NCBI GenBank assembly: GCA_964536865.1
Contig: CAZHYN010000004.1
Location: forward strand, 12,900-76,899
Source of the DNA: an uncultured Planctomycetia bacterium
GTDB taxonomy: Bacteria > Omnitrophota > Gorgyraeia > Duberdicusellales > 4484-171
Length of the DNA: 64,000 bases
Direction: 5' to 3'
A program made the translations under genes and the position numbers. Under the pieces are notes generated by a model. That model worked only from the letters and a program-made list of their open reading frames with translations, was not told the origin of the DNA and searched no databases. This document shows positions 46,716-55,676 of this stretch, in pieces; within the stretch, counting starts at the first letter, position 1, and every line of letters starts with the position of its first letter.

Positions 46716-47919
46716 TTACCGTCCCATCGTAGGCAACCAGACTATTGATGAGCTTTACCTTCTGGGAGAAAAGCTAAAGAATATCACTATTCAAAATATA
46801 AATTCGACTCCTTCGGGGGGAGGTGTGGCAGAGATTCTTTCTCGAATGGTACCTCTCATGAAAGATGTAGGGTTAGATGTATGGTGGGATGTGATCAGAG
46901 GAGATGATCGTTTTTTTCAGATTACCAAAAAGATTCATAATGCTCTTCATGGAATAGAGGTTTCTCTTACTAGAGAGGAATTATCTTATTTTTTAGAGGT
47001 TAATCAAGAGAACGCTAAATCTATTAAAAAGTGGGCAGATATTGTTTTTGTCCATGATCCCCAACCTATCTACCTAGTTAGAGAGAAGAGAAAGCTTAAA
47101 AATAAATGGATCTGGCGTTGTCATATTGATTTCTCTAACCCTAAAAGAGATGTATGGCTATTTTTGAAGAAGCTCATTGAGAAGTATGATGCTAGTGTAT
47201 TTTCCGCTCCTACGTTTGCTCGGAGATTATCTATCAGACAAGTTCTTATTTACCCTTCTATTGACCCTTTAAGCGATAAGAACAAAGAGTTGGATCAAAG
47301 ATTTATCGATAACGTTTTAGAAAGGTTTGGTATCGATAGACAGAGGCCCATCGTCACTCAGATTTCCCGCTTTGATTATTTAAAAGACCCTATGGGAGTG
47401 ATTAAAGCCTTTCGCTTGGTAAAAAAGTATATAGATTGCCAGCTTATTTTAGCAGGAGGAGGGGCTAGAGATGATCCTGAAGGGGAGAGAGTGTTAAACG
47501 AGGTGAGGGAAGAGGCTAGGAAGGAGAGAGATATTCATATTATTTATCTTCCTCCAGAAAGTAATTTAGAGATAAATGCCTTACAACGTGCTTCTACGGT
47601 AATTCTTCAAAAATCTTTGAAAGAGGGCTTCGGTCTTACTGTAGCAGAAGCTTTGTGGAAAGAAAAACCAGTTATTGCTTCTTGGGTGGGAGGCATACCT
47701 TTGCAGATTGCTCATAAGTATTCAGGGATTCTTACTTACACTATCGAGGGGACCGCCCACTGGATAAAGCGACTAATTAATGAGCTGGAGTATGCCAAAA
47801 GATTAGCTAGGAATGGTAAGCAACATGTCAAAAATAATTTTCTTATTCTCCGTCAGATTCAAGATTACTTCCTCTTATTTTTATCCCTTTTTAACCCTCA
47901 AGATATAGTGTACCTTTGA
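46687..47919 (+). CDS. treT: Trehalose glycosyltransferring synthase TreT-like (GT4)
   Basis: N-terminal INSTPSGGGVAEILSRMVPLMKDVGLDVWWDVI closely resembles archaeal and Thermus-type TreT. 410 aa. Confidence 0.75.
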   Translation: MNTYMARIDDYRPIVGNQTIDELYLLGEKLKNITIQNINSTPSGGGVAEILSRMVPLMKDVGLDVWWDVIRGDDRFFQITKKIHNALHGIEVSLTREELSYFLEVNQENAKSIKKWADIVFVHDPQPIYLVREKRKLKNKWIWRCHIDFSNPKRDVWLFLKKLIEKYDASVFSAPTFARRLSIRQVLIYPSIDPLSDKNKELDQRFIDNVLERFGIDRQRPIVTQISRFDYLKDPMGVIKAFRLVKKYIDCQLILAGGGARDDPEGERVLNEVREEARKERDIHIIYLPPESNLEINALQRASTVILQKSLKEGFGLTVAEALWKEKPVIASWVGGIPLQIAHKYSGILTYTIEGTAHWIKRLINELEYAKRLARNGKQHVKNNFLILRQIQDYFLLFLSLFNPQDIVYL

Positions 47920-47943
47920 AGGAAGCTGGAGGGCAAATTGCGT

Positions 47944-47972
47944 TTGACAAATTCTAGTGGTTCTGATATAGT
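47944..47972 (+). promoter_or_regulatory. Near-consensus sigma70 promoter: TTGACA, 17-bp spacer, TATAGT
   Basis: -35 at 47944-47949 and -10 at 47967-47972. The ATG of the downstream gene is only 9 nt after the -10, which implies a very short or leaderless 5' UTR. Confidence 0.55.
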
Positions 47973-47981
47973 TTTTTTCTC

Positions 47982-48932
47982 ATGAAGAAAGTATTTATTG
48001 CTGTCTTTTTTTCTTTTCTGGTTTTTTCTCAAACTTATCCTTTTTGGATATGGTCTCCTAAAACCCAGAAGTGGAAAAATCCACAACTTTCTCCATTAGC
48101 TACCCCTAAGCTCCAGTTAGAGAAAGCGTTAAAGGAGTTTAATGCTGGAAGGTATAAATCTGCTCTTCGAGAGTTCAAGAAAGTTATAGTTCACTATCCA
48201 GATTCTTATCAAGCTTCGGAAGCTCGGTATTATATGGGTAGGTGTTGGGAAGAGTTAAAAAGACCTTATCAGGCTTTTTTGGAGTACCAAAAAGTAATCG
48301 ACTCTTATCCTAACAGTACTCGTATTCAGGAGATTATAGAAAGAGAGTATAAAATTGGAGAGTACTTTTTGAACCAGAAGCTTCAAAAATGGTTTGGGAT
48401 CTCCTTATACGATTTAGTAGAGCACCCTTCTATAGAGATTTTTAGGAAAATAGTAAAAAGTGCTCCTTACTCAGAATACGCTCCTAAAGCTCAATATAAG
48501 TTAGGAATTCTCCTGCTCAATCTGGGTAGGCATGAGGAAGCAAGAGAAGCTTTCCAGAAACTTGTGGATAACTATCCTGATAGTGAATGGGCAGACGCTG
48601 CTAAGTATCAACTTGCTACTTCTAGCGTTAAGGCTTCTTTAGGGGTAGATTACGATGATACCTATCGGAAAGAGGCTATGAGGGGGTTTAAAGAGTTTAT
48701 TTCGCGTCATCCCGAAGCAGAGTTTTCCCAAAAGGCTAAGGAGCAGCTAAAAATCTTGAGAGAAGAGGAGGCAAAGAAGAATTTTGATATTGCTGCTTTT
48801 TATGAGAAACAGAAGAAATTTAAAAGCGCCATCCTTTACTATAAGTTAGTGGCTGAGGACTTTAAGGATACACGGTGGGCTAAAGAAGCAGAAAGGAAGC
48901 TGTCAGAGATCAAAGATAAAGTTAAAGAATGA
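47982..48932 (+). CDS. TPR-repeat outer membrane assembly lipoprotein-like protein (BamD/YfiO-like)
   Basis: Signal peptide. Repeated TPR-like helices with conserved YP[DN]S motifs (YPDSYQASEARYYMG, YPNSTRIQE, YPDSEWADAAKYQL). Confidence 0.5.
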   Translation: MKKVFIAVFFSFLVFSQTYPFWIWSPKTQKWKNPQLSPLATPKLQLEKALKEFNAGRYKSALREFKKVIVHYPDSYQASEARYYMGRCWEELKRPYQAFLEYQKVIDSYPNSTRIQEIIEREYKIGEYFLNQKLQKWFGISLYDLVEHPSIEIFRKIVKSAPYSEYAPKAQYKLGILLLNLGRHEEAREAFQKLVDNYPDSEWADAAKYQLATSSVKASLGVDYDDTYRKEAMRGFKEFISRHPEAEFSQKAKEQLKILREEEAKKNFDIAAFYEKQKKFKSAILYYKLVAEDFKDTRWAKEAERKLSEIKDKVKE

Positions 48933-49450
48933 AGAGGGTAATTCTTTTGTTTCTCTTACTAGGAGGCTGTGGTTATACTACCTACCTTGTGAGTTCCTCA
49001 TTAGGAGAAGGTAAAATTTATGTAAAACCAGTAGCTAATGAGGTCAGAATAACTTCTGAAGATAGAGCCTATTCTGATTATACTGTTTATCCTGTTCTCT
49101 TAGATAAAGATTTGACCAATGCTATCATTGATGAGTTACAAATAAGAACTCCTCTTAAAGTAGTAAGCTCTCCCGATGGTGCCTATACTTTAGAGTGTAA
49201 GATTGTTAACTATAAGAAGGAAGCACTAAGATACACTGATACTGACGAGGTTAATGAGCAAAGATTGAGATTATACGTTAAGGTAATAGTTTATGATGCT
49301 GAAAAGAATTTAATTAAAGAGAGAGAAGTGGTAGGAGAAGCTTCTTACTTTTTTTCGGGACGCCTGGCTTCTTCAGAGTCCGAAGCTTTAAATGAGCTTA
49401 TAGAAGATACAGCAAAGAGAGTAGTAGATACCCTTTCCCAAGACTGGTAA
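48929..49450 (+). CDS. LptE-like small lipoprotein
   Basis: Lipobox LLLGGCG. 173 aa. Sits directly upstream of holA, as E. coli lptE does. Confidence 0.5.
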   Translation: MKRVILLFLLLGGCGYTTYLVSSSLGEGKIYVKPVANEVRITSEDRAYSDYTVYPVLLDKDLTNAIIDELQIRTPLKVVSSPDGAYTLECKIVNYKKEALRYTDTDEVNEQRLRLYVKVIVYDAEKNLIKEREVVGEASYFFSGRLASSESEALNELIEDTAKRVVDTLSQDW

Positions 49451-50133
49451 TGGAAGGGAAAATTTTCTGTGTTATTGGTTTAGATTTCGAGCATCGTCAA
49501 AGAGCTATAGAAAATATAAAGAAAGGGTTATTAAAAGAAAAGACAACTTTCTTAAATACAGTGGTTCTATACTGCAAGAATTTGAATCTTCAGGAGTTAA
49601 AAAACACACTCTATACTTTTCCTTTAGAAAAAAAAAGAGTTGTTATTTTTAAGGGTGCTGAATATCTCTCTCAAGAAGTAAAACTATTTCTCTTAAAGAA
49701 GTTAAAGGATTTGCTCTCCTTGAATTATTTAATCTTTGAGATAGAGAGAGACCACGCTCAGTTTATTTACGACAGAAAAGTAAGAGAGGATAAGTTCTTT
49801 TCTTATCTTTTAAAGAGATGTATTTTAAGAAGAATTATTTCTATACAAGAAGATTATTCTCTAAATAAATTAATATCTCTGGTAAGGAGAAATGAACGAG
49901 CCCAGGCTTTTTCCACTTTAGAAAAGATGTTCTTGCAGCCCAAGAAAAGCGAGAATTTAGCAACTCAGATTTTAGGAGCATTAACTCGTGAATTTTCTTA
50001 TCTTACTAATCCTTACCAAAAGAGTAGATACTTTCAACTTTTCTGGGAGGCAGATAGATTAATAAAAGAAAAGGGTATTCCTTCTAAGTTAGCCTTGGAG
50101 ATACTTTTAGCAAAGTTGTTTGAGATAAGTTAA
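49450..50133 (+). CDS. holA: DNA polymerase III delta subunit-like protein (short)
   Basis: 227 aa helical protein in the conserved position after lptE. Weak delta-like pattern only. Confidence 0.45.
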   Translation: MEGKIFCVIGLDFEHRQRAIENIKKGLLKEKTTFLNTVVLYCKNLNLQELKNTLYTFPLEKKRVVIFKGAEYLSQEVKLFLLKKLKDLLSLNYLIFEIERDHAQFIYDRKVREDKFFSYLLKRCILRRIISIQEDYSLNKLISLVRRNERAQAFSTLEKMFLQPKKSENLATQILGALTREFSYLTNPYQKSRYFQLFWEADRLIKEKGIPSKLALEILLAKLFEIS

Positions 50134-50393
50134 GTTAATTGGTTGATGAGGGAAGCATATTTAGATTTCTCGCGGGCGGCCTTCTTAGGATGGATAGTTT
50201 TCTTACGTGCGGCTTTATCTAATGCTTTATAAACTTCCCTTAAAGCCTGTTTAGCATTCTCTAAGTCTTTATTCTGTAGAAATTTTTTGTATTTTTTTAT
50301 TGCTTCCTTGATAATTTTTTTTCTAATTAAATTTAGCTTACGTCTTTTTATGCTTTTTTTTAGCTCTTTTTTGGCAGACTTTCTTTGAGGCAT
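50130..50393 (-). CDS. rpsT: 30S ribosomal protein S20
   Basis: 87 aa, basic and helical. SAKK...RKLNL...HPKKAAREKS pattern. Confidence 0.9.
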   Translation of the reverse strand: MPQRKSAKKELKKSIKRRKLNLIRKKIIKEAIKKYKKFLQNKDLENAKQALREVYKALDKAARKKTIHPKKAAREKSKYASLINQLT

Positions 50394-50457
50394 CTTGACT
50401 CCTTTTTAAGGAACTTTTATACCAGAGAGATTCAAACCTGTCAAGATATTTTAATTT

Positions 50458-51990
50458 ATGCTTAAAAGACTGGCGAAAAATACCACAGTATTAAGTTTGG
50501 GGACACTGTTTTGTAGGATTTTAGGGTTAATAAGAGATATCCTCATCGCTACTTATTTTGGAACTTCCAAGATATTAGAAGCTTTTATTGTAGCATTTAG
50601 GATTCCCAATGTATTTAGGAGCCTGTTAGGAGAGGGATTTAGCGATTCTGTAGCCACTCCTGTACTTTCAGAGTACCATAACCAGAGAGAAAGACTCCTG
50701 ACCTTAGGAAGGAGATTGTTTTCTGTTAGTTTAATAATTTTAGGAATAGTTGTTATTTTAGGGATACTCTTCAGTAAATACTTAGTGATAGCTATTGCTC
50801 CGGGTTTTCTTAAGGAGAGCTACAAACTTAGCTTAGCAAATATCTTTACTAAAATTACTTTCTTCTACCTTTTCTTCATGGGGTTGGTAGCGGTAATGTG
50901 TTCTTTTTTGTACGCTTTGAAAAAATTTGCTCTTCCTGCATTTGTTCCTTCTCTATTTAATATCTCTTTGATATGTGGAATACTTTTCTTCCATCGCTAT
51001 CTACACAACTATATCCTTGTCTTATCAGTACTAGTAGCAGGCCTCTTACAGTTTCTCTCTCTCTATCTTTATCTAGCAAGTAAAAAGATGAGGTTGACCT
51101 TTGAGTTCAGAAACTCCTTTAAAGATAAAGATATCATTAGAATGTTTAAACTATTTGTCCCCCGCATATGGTCAAGCATCGTTTACCAATTAAACATTTT
51201 TGTAGATACGATCTTTGCATCGTTGAGTTGGATTGTAGGTAGTGGAGCTTTGGCAGCGATTTACTATGCTAATAGAATTATTCAATTCCCTTTAGCTCTC
51301 ATAGGTATATCTATTGCTAGAGTAGCGATAGTTGATTTGTCGGGTTTTTATAAAGAAAACAATTTAGAGGATTTCAAAAAAGTTTTGATTTTTTCATTTC
51401 AGAATATCCTTTTTTTTATTATTCCCATAACCTTTCTTTTTCTATTTATGGCTCAAGAGATTATTGAGGTAATATTTGTCCATGGAAAATTTAGTACCTA
51501 TTCTCTTGTTCTTACTTACCCAGTTTTAGTTTTCTACAGCTTAGGATTGTTTTTTTTCTGTGGGATTAAGCTTCTGGTGAATTCCTTCTACTCTTTAAAG
51601 GATACGCTCACCCCTGCAAAGACTGCTACCTTTGCTCTTATAGCAAATGTTATTCTTAGTGCTATCTTTATCTTTCCTTTGCAAGTTGCAGGAGTAGCTT
51701 TAGCAAGTAGCTTGGCAGGACTTTTTAATTTTCTCCTTCTCTATCATCTCCTAATAAAAAGGATTGGGTTAATAAAGTGGGAAGGAAGTTTGTGGGAGGT
51801 GGTAAAGTTATTTATTTTAGGAGTGTTAACTGCAGGGGCAGCAAAGGTTGTTTGGATGATTTTAGGATATAATAAGTATATAAGAATAGGATTAAGTTTT
51901 CTTGCAGGAGGAATTATTTTTTTATTGGTAGGGCTATTTTTGAAGTTGAGATACTTTATTTACCTTAAGAGATGGATTTTAAGGAGATAG
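50458..51990 (+). CDS. murJ: Lipid II flippase MurJ (MviN)
   Basis: 510 aa, 14 TM. N-terminal GTLFCRILGLIRDILIATYFG...AFRIPN motif. Confidence 0.85.
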   Translation: MLKRLAKNTTVLSLGTLFCRILGLIRDILIATYFGTSKILEAFIVAFRIPNVFRSLLGEGFSDSVATPVLSEYHNQRERLLTLGRRLFSVSLIILGIVVILGILFSKYLVIAIAPGFLKESYKLSLANIFTKITFFYLFFMGLVAVMCSFLYALKKFALPAFVPSLFNISLICGILFFHRYLHNYILVLSVLVAGLLQFLSLYLYLASKKMRLTFEFRNSFKDKDIIRMFKLFVPRIWSSIVYQLNIFVDTIFASLSWIVGSGALAAIYYANRIIQFPLALIGISIARVAIVDLSGFYKENNLEDFKKVLIFSFQNILFFIIPITFLFLFMAQEIIEVIFVHGKFSTYSLVLTYPVLVFYSLGLFFFCGIKLLVNSFYSLKDTLTPAKTATFALIANVILSAIFIFPLQVAGVALASSLAGLFNFLLLYHLLIKRIGLIKWEGSLWEVVKLFILGVLTAGAAKVVWMILGYNKYIRIGLSFLAGGIIFLLVGLFLKLRYFIYLKRWILRR

Positions 51991-53192
51991 AAAAGTTACC
52001 CTCAAGTTGTGGTGTCTATATTATGAAATCCAGACAAGGGGAGGTTCTTTACGTAGGAAAAGCTACTGATTTGAGGAAAAGAGTAGCAGGCCACTTTAAA
52101 GGTAGAGGTTCTTTAAGGTCTCCTCTTTTTTTAGATAAAGTGAGCGATATAGATTACATTCTCTGTTACACCGAAGAGCAGGCTCTTATTTTAGAGGCTT
52201 CCCTGATAAAAGAATTTCAACCAAAGTATAATGTAGCACTAAAAGATGATAAAAGTTACCCCTATGTAGTAGTTACTAATGAGACCTATCCTCGAATATA
52301 CGTAGGTAGACCTAAAAAGATAGAGGAAGGCATGGTTTATTTCGGTCCATTTGCTAATGCTAAACTTCTTAAATCTGCTTTAAAGATAATTCGCAAAATA
52401 TTTCCCTACCGTTCCTGTAAAAGATTTGCTAAAAAACCTTGCCTTTACTTCCATCTTAATTTATGTCCCGGTCCTTGTAAAGGAGATGTTGATATTATTG
52501 ATTATAAGAAAAATGTAGAAGGGGTGTGCAAAATAATCCAGGGAGAAAGGAAAGAGTTGATAGAGGAATTCCATAAACTTATGGAAAAATTTTCTCAACA
52601 AGCTAAGTTTGAGGAGGCAGCAAAAGTAAGAGATAAGTTGTTGGCTATTTACAATCTTTATACTGGTAAAAGAGAATTCAGTCAATTAAGTGTGTTAAAA
52701 GAGACTTTGAGTCTTGAGAAAATTCCTTTTACTATTGAAGCGATAGATGTTTCTTCTCTTGTAGGTAAGGAAGCTACAGGGTCAGTAATCGTCTTTAAGG
52801 ATGGTATTCCTGACAAAAGTAGCTATCGCCGTTATCGTATAAAAGAGGTGAAAGGTATTGATGATTATAAGATGATTGCTGAGGTAGTAAGGAGAAGGTA
52901 TCGCCGTTTAAAAGAGGAAAGAAACCCTCTACCGGATTTGGTGATTATTGATGGAGGTAAGGGACATTTGGGTGTAGCTAAGAAGGAGTTAGATAAGTTA
53001 GAGTTAAAGATACCAGTTATAGGGATAGCTAAAAAAAATGAAGAGATATGGTTGCCTGGGAAGAATAAGCCTTTAATTATTTCTAAAGATAGTGCTGTGC
53101 TTCATCTTATCCAGAGGATAAGGGACGAGGCTCACCGTTTTGCCCATGCTTATCATCGCCTTCTAAGAAGAAAGAATTTAATAAAAAAATAA
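51972..53192 (+). CDS. uvrC: UvrC-like excinuclease (GIY-YIG, UVR and RNase H-like domains) lacking the C-terminal (HhH)2 domain
   Basis: GIY-YIG motif SCGVYIMKS...LYVGKA. UVR motif EEAAKVRDKLLAI. RNase H-like region ends at IRDEAHRFA, where full-length UvrC continues. Confidence 0.75.
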   Translation: MDFKEIEKLPSSCGVYIMKSRQGEVLYVGKATDLRKRVAGHFKGRGSLRSPLFLDKVSDIDYILCYTEEQALILEASLIKEFQPKYNVALKDDKSYPYVVVTNETYPRIYVGRPKKIEEGMVYFGPFANAKLLKSALKIIRKIFPYRSCKRFAKKPCLYFHLNLCPGPCKGDVDIIDYKKNVEGVCKIIQGERKELIEEFHKLMEKFSQQAKFEEAAKVRDKLLAIYNLYTGKREFSQLSVLKETLSLEKIPFTIEAIDVSSLVGKEATGSVIVFKDGIPDKSSYRRYRIKEVKGIDDYKMIAEVVRRRYRRLKEERNPLPDLVIIDGGKGHLGVAKKELDKLELKIPVIGIAKKNEEIWLPGKNKPLIISKDSAVLHLIQRIRDEAHRFAHAYHRLLRRKNLIKK

Positions 53193-53199
53193 GAGAGGT

Positions 53200-53475
53200 G
53201 TGGAGATGAAGGATTTTGAAAAGAAGGTTTTAAGAGCAGTTTTAAAAATTCCTCTGGGAGAGGTTCGTACCTACAAAGAGATAGCTAAGATGGCTGGGAG
53301 GCCTTCTGCATGGAGGGCAGTGGGTGGCGTGCTTAAGAAGAATCCCTTTCCTTTGTTTATTCCCTGTCACAGAGTGATAAAAAGCAGTGGTCAGTTGGGA
53401 GAATACTCTTTAGGGAAGAGGTTAAAGAAAGATTTAATAAATTTGGAGAAAAGAATAAAAAATATGTTAAAATAA
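53200..53475 (+). CDS. ogt: Methylated-DNA--protein-cysteine methyltransferase, C-terminal domain only
   Basis: 91 aa. HTH and active-site motif IPCHRVI. Confidence 0.85.
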   Translation: MEMKDFEKKVLRAVLKIPLGEVRTYKEIAKMAGRPSAWRAVGGVLKKNPFPLFIPCHRVIKSSGQLGEYSLGKRLKKDLINLEKRIKNMLK

Positions 53476-53500
53476 TTTTAGATCAAAAAGGGAGGCAGGG

Positions 53501-54571
53501 ATGCGTCTTAGCGAAATTATTGAGAAGATGATTGAGGTTAATGCTTCCGATATATTCATAAGGGCAAATAGTAACTTGAGGGCAAGAGTTTACTCTCAAA
53601 TAATAGGAATTTCTGATTATATCTTTAACACCGAAGATGTGAACAGAATTATTGAGGAGATCACCCCTTCTTATCTTAAGGGAGAACTTATGGAAAAGAA
53701 GAACTGTGAGTTTGCTCTTTGGTATAAAGAGAACTGGCGGTTACGTGTGGGGGCTTTTTTCCAGAGGAATACCCTTTCTATCGTAATAAGAAAAATTGAC
53801 CTACGTATCCCTACTTTCAAAGAACTTAATCTCCCTGCTTCAGTATTAGAGAGATTCTGTAAAGAGAGAAGGGGTCTAATTCTTCTTACGGGAGTAACAG
53901 GAAGTGGAAAATCTACTACTATTGCGAGTATGATAGAGTATATAAATAAAAATTTCGGTAAGCATATTCTAACAGTAGAGGAGCCTATAGAATTTACCTT
54001 TACCGATAAGAAGTCCATAATAAATCAAAGAGAGATAGGTAAGGATGTCTTTTCCTATGCAGAAGCGTTAAGGCAATTTGCTATTCATTCTCCTGATGTT
54101 ATCTTTATAGGAAACATCAGAGATAAAGAGACCTGTCACGCTGCTTTGACTGCTGCTGAAACAGGTGTTTTGGTATTTTCTACCCTTCATACCGTTAATG
54201 CTACTTCTACTATCGAGAGAATAATCAACTTTTTCCCCCCTCATCAGCATCACTTTATCTTATCTCAGCTTTCTACTCTTCTTAAGGGAGTGGTTTGTTT
54301 AAGGCTTCTACCTCGAGCTGATAAGGAGGGATTAATTCCTGCTTATGAAATTATGACATTAAGCCCTACTATCTCTCGGCTTATTAGAGAGAATCGATTA
54401 TGGGAGGTACCTAAATACCTCGCTTCGGGAGATATTTATGGAATGAAGAGGTTTGATCAATCACTTTTAGAATTGGTAGAAAAAGGAATTATTTCTTCTC
54501 AGTTAGCTTTGGAGTATGCAGATAAAAAGGAAGAGTTGGAACTTCAGCTGAGAAACAAAGGGTTAATGTAA
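53501..54571 (+). CDS. pilT: Type IV pilus retraction ATPase PilT-like
   Basis: Walker A GVTGSGKST. Asp box. His box. AIRNLIRE-like ISRLIRENRLWEV. Confidence 0.8.
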   Translation: MRLSEIIEKMIEVNASDIFIRANSNLRARVYSQIIGISDYIFNTEDVNRIIEEITPSYLKGELMEKKNCEFALWYKENWRLRVGAFFQRNTLSIVIRKIDLRIPTFKELNLPASVLERFCKERRGLILLTGVTGSGKSTTIASMIEYINKNFGKHILTVEEPIEFTFTDKKSIINQREIGKDVFSYAEALRQFAIHSPDVIFIGNIRDKETCHAALTAAETGVLVFSTLHTVNATSTIERIINFFPPHQHHFILSQLSTLLKGVVCLRLLPRADKEGLIPAYEIMTLSPTISRLIRENRLWEVPKYLASGDIYGMKRFDQSLLELVEKGIISSQLALEYADKKEELELQLRNKGLM

Positions 54572-54572
54572 G

Positions 54573-55676
54573 ATGGAAGAGATTATAGCAAAGTTAGATA
54601 TGTTGACTACTCAGATTAGAGGGCTCAAAAGAGTTTTGAATATAGAGAGTAAAAAGAAGAAGATAGAAGAGCTTCAGCTTCGTATGGGCTCTCCTTATTT
54701 TTGGCAAGATCAGGATACATCTTCCTTAGTGATAGAGGAACTAAAGGGATTAAAAGAAGAAGTTGAGAGTTTTTCTAATTTAGAGGAAAGGATTAATGAG
54801 CTTAAAGAACTTGCTAAATTAGGAGATTCCTCTTACTCTAAAGAGCTCCTAAGGGAGGTGGAGAGGATAGAGGAGGAGGTAAAAAAATTTAAACTGAGGA
54901 TTTTGTTCTCGGAGAAATTTGATGAAGCTAACGCTATTGTGGAGATAAATTCTGGAGCAGGAGGAACAGAGGCTTGTGACTGGGCAGGTATGCTTTTGAG
55001 AATGTATACACGTTGGGCACAAAAGAAGGGTTTTAAGGTGAAGATTCTTAATGAGGTAAGAGGAGAAGAAGCGGGAATAAAAAATGTTACATTTCTAGTA
55101 GAAGGAAGATGGGCCTACGGATACTTAAAGGCAGAAAAAGGAGTTCACAGATTGGTAAGAATTTCTCCCTTTGACGCTAATCGTCGTCGACATACTTCCT
55201 TTGCCTCTGTGGATGTTCTTCCTGAAGTAAAAGAAGATATAGAGTTAAAGCTGGAACCTGAGGATTTAAAGATAGAGACCTTTAGAGCTTCTGGACACGG
55301 TGGTCAACACGTAAACCGCACTGATTCAGCAGTAAGAATTACTCACCTACCTACAGGGATTGTGGTAAGTTGCCAAAATGAGCGTTCTCAATATCAGAAT
55401 AAACAGACTGCTTTAAGGATTTTGAAGGCAAAGCTTTACAAACTAAAAGAAGAAGAGAAAAAGAAAGAAATGGAAGAAATTTCTGGTCAGAAGAGAAAGA
55501 TAGAATGGGGTTCTCAAATTCGTTCCTATATTTTACACCCCTATCTCTTAGTTAAGGATCACCGTACCAACTTTGAAGTAGGTAGGGCAAGAGAAGTTCT
55601 TGATGGGGAGTTAGATGAGTTTATCCATGCTTATTTGGTTAAAAATTTAGAAGATGTTAAAAAGATTTCTTCTTAA
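54573..55676 (+). CDS. prfB: Peptide chain release factor 2, encoded in a single frame
   Basis: SPF tripeptide (RISPFDANRRRHTSFASV). GGQ motif (SGHGGQHVNRTDSAVRITH). Continuous 367-aa ORF. Confidence 0.9.
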   Translation: MEEIIAKLDMLTTQIRGLKRVLNIESKKKKIEELQLRMGSPYFWQDQDTSSLVIEELKGLKEEVESFSNLEERINELKELAKLGDSSYSKELLREVERIEEEVKKFKLRILFSEKFDEANAIVEINSGAGGTEACDWAGMLLRMYTRWAQKKGFKVKILNEVRGEEAGIKNVTFLVEGRWAYGYLKAEKGVHRLVRISPFDANRRRHTSFASVDVLPEVKEDIELKLEPEDLKIETFRASGHGGQHVNRTDSAVRITHLPTGIVVSCQNERSQYQNKQTALRILKAKLYKLKEEEKKKEMEEISGQKRKIEWGSQIRSYILHPYLLVKDHRTNFEVGRAREVLDGELDEFIHAYLVKNLEDVKKISS

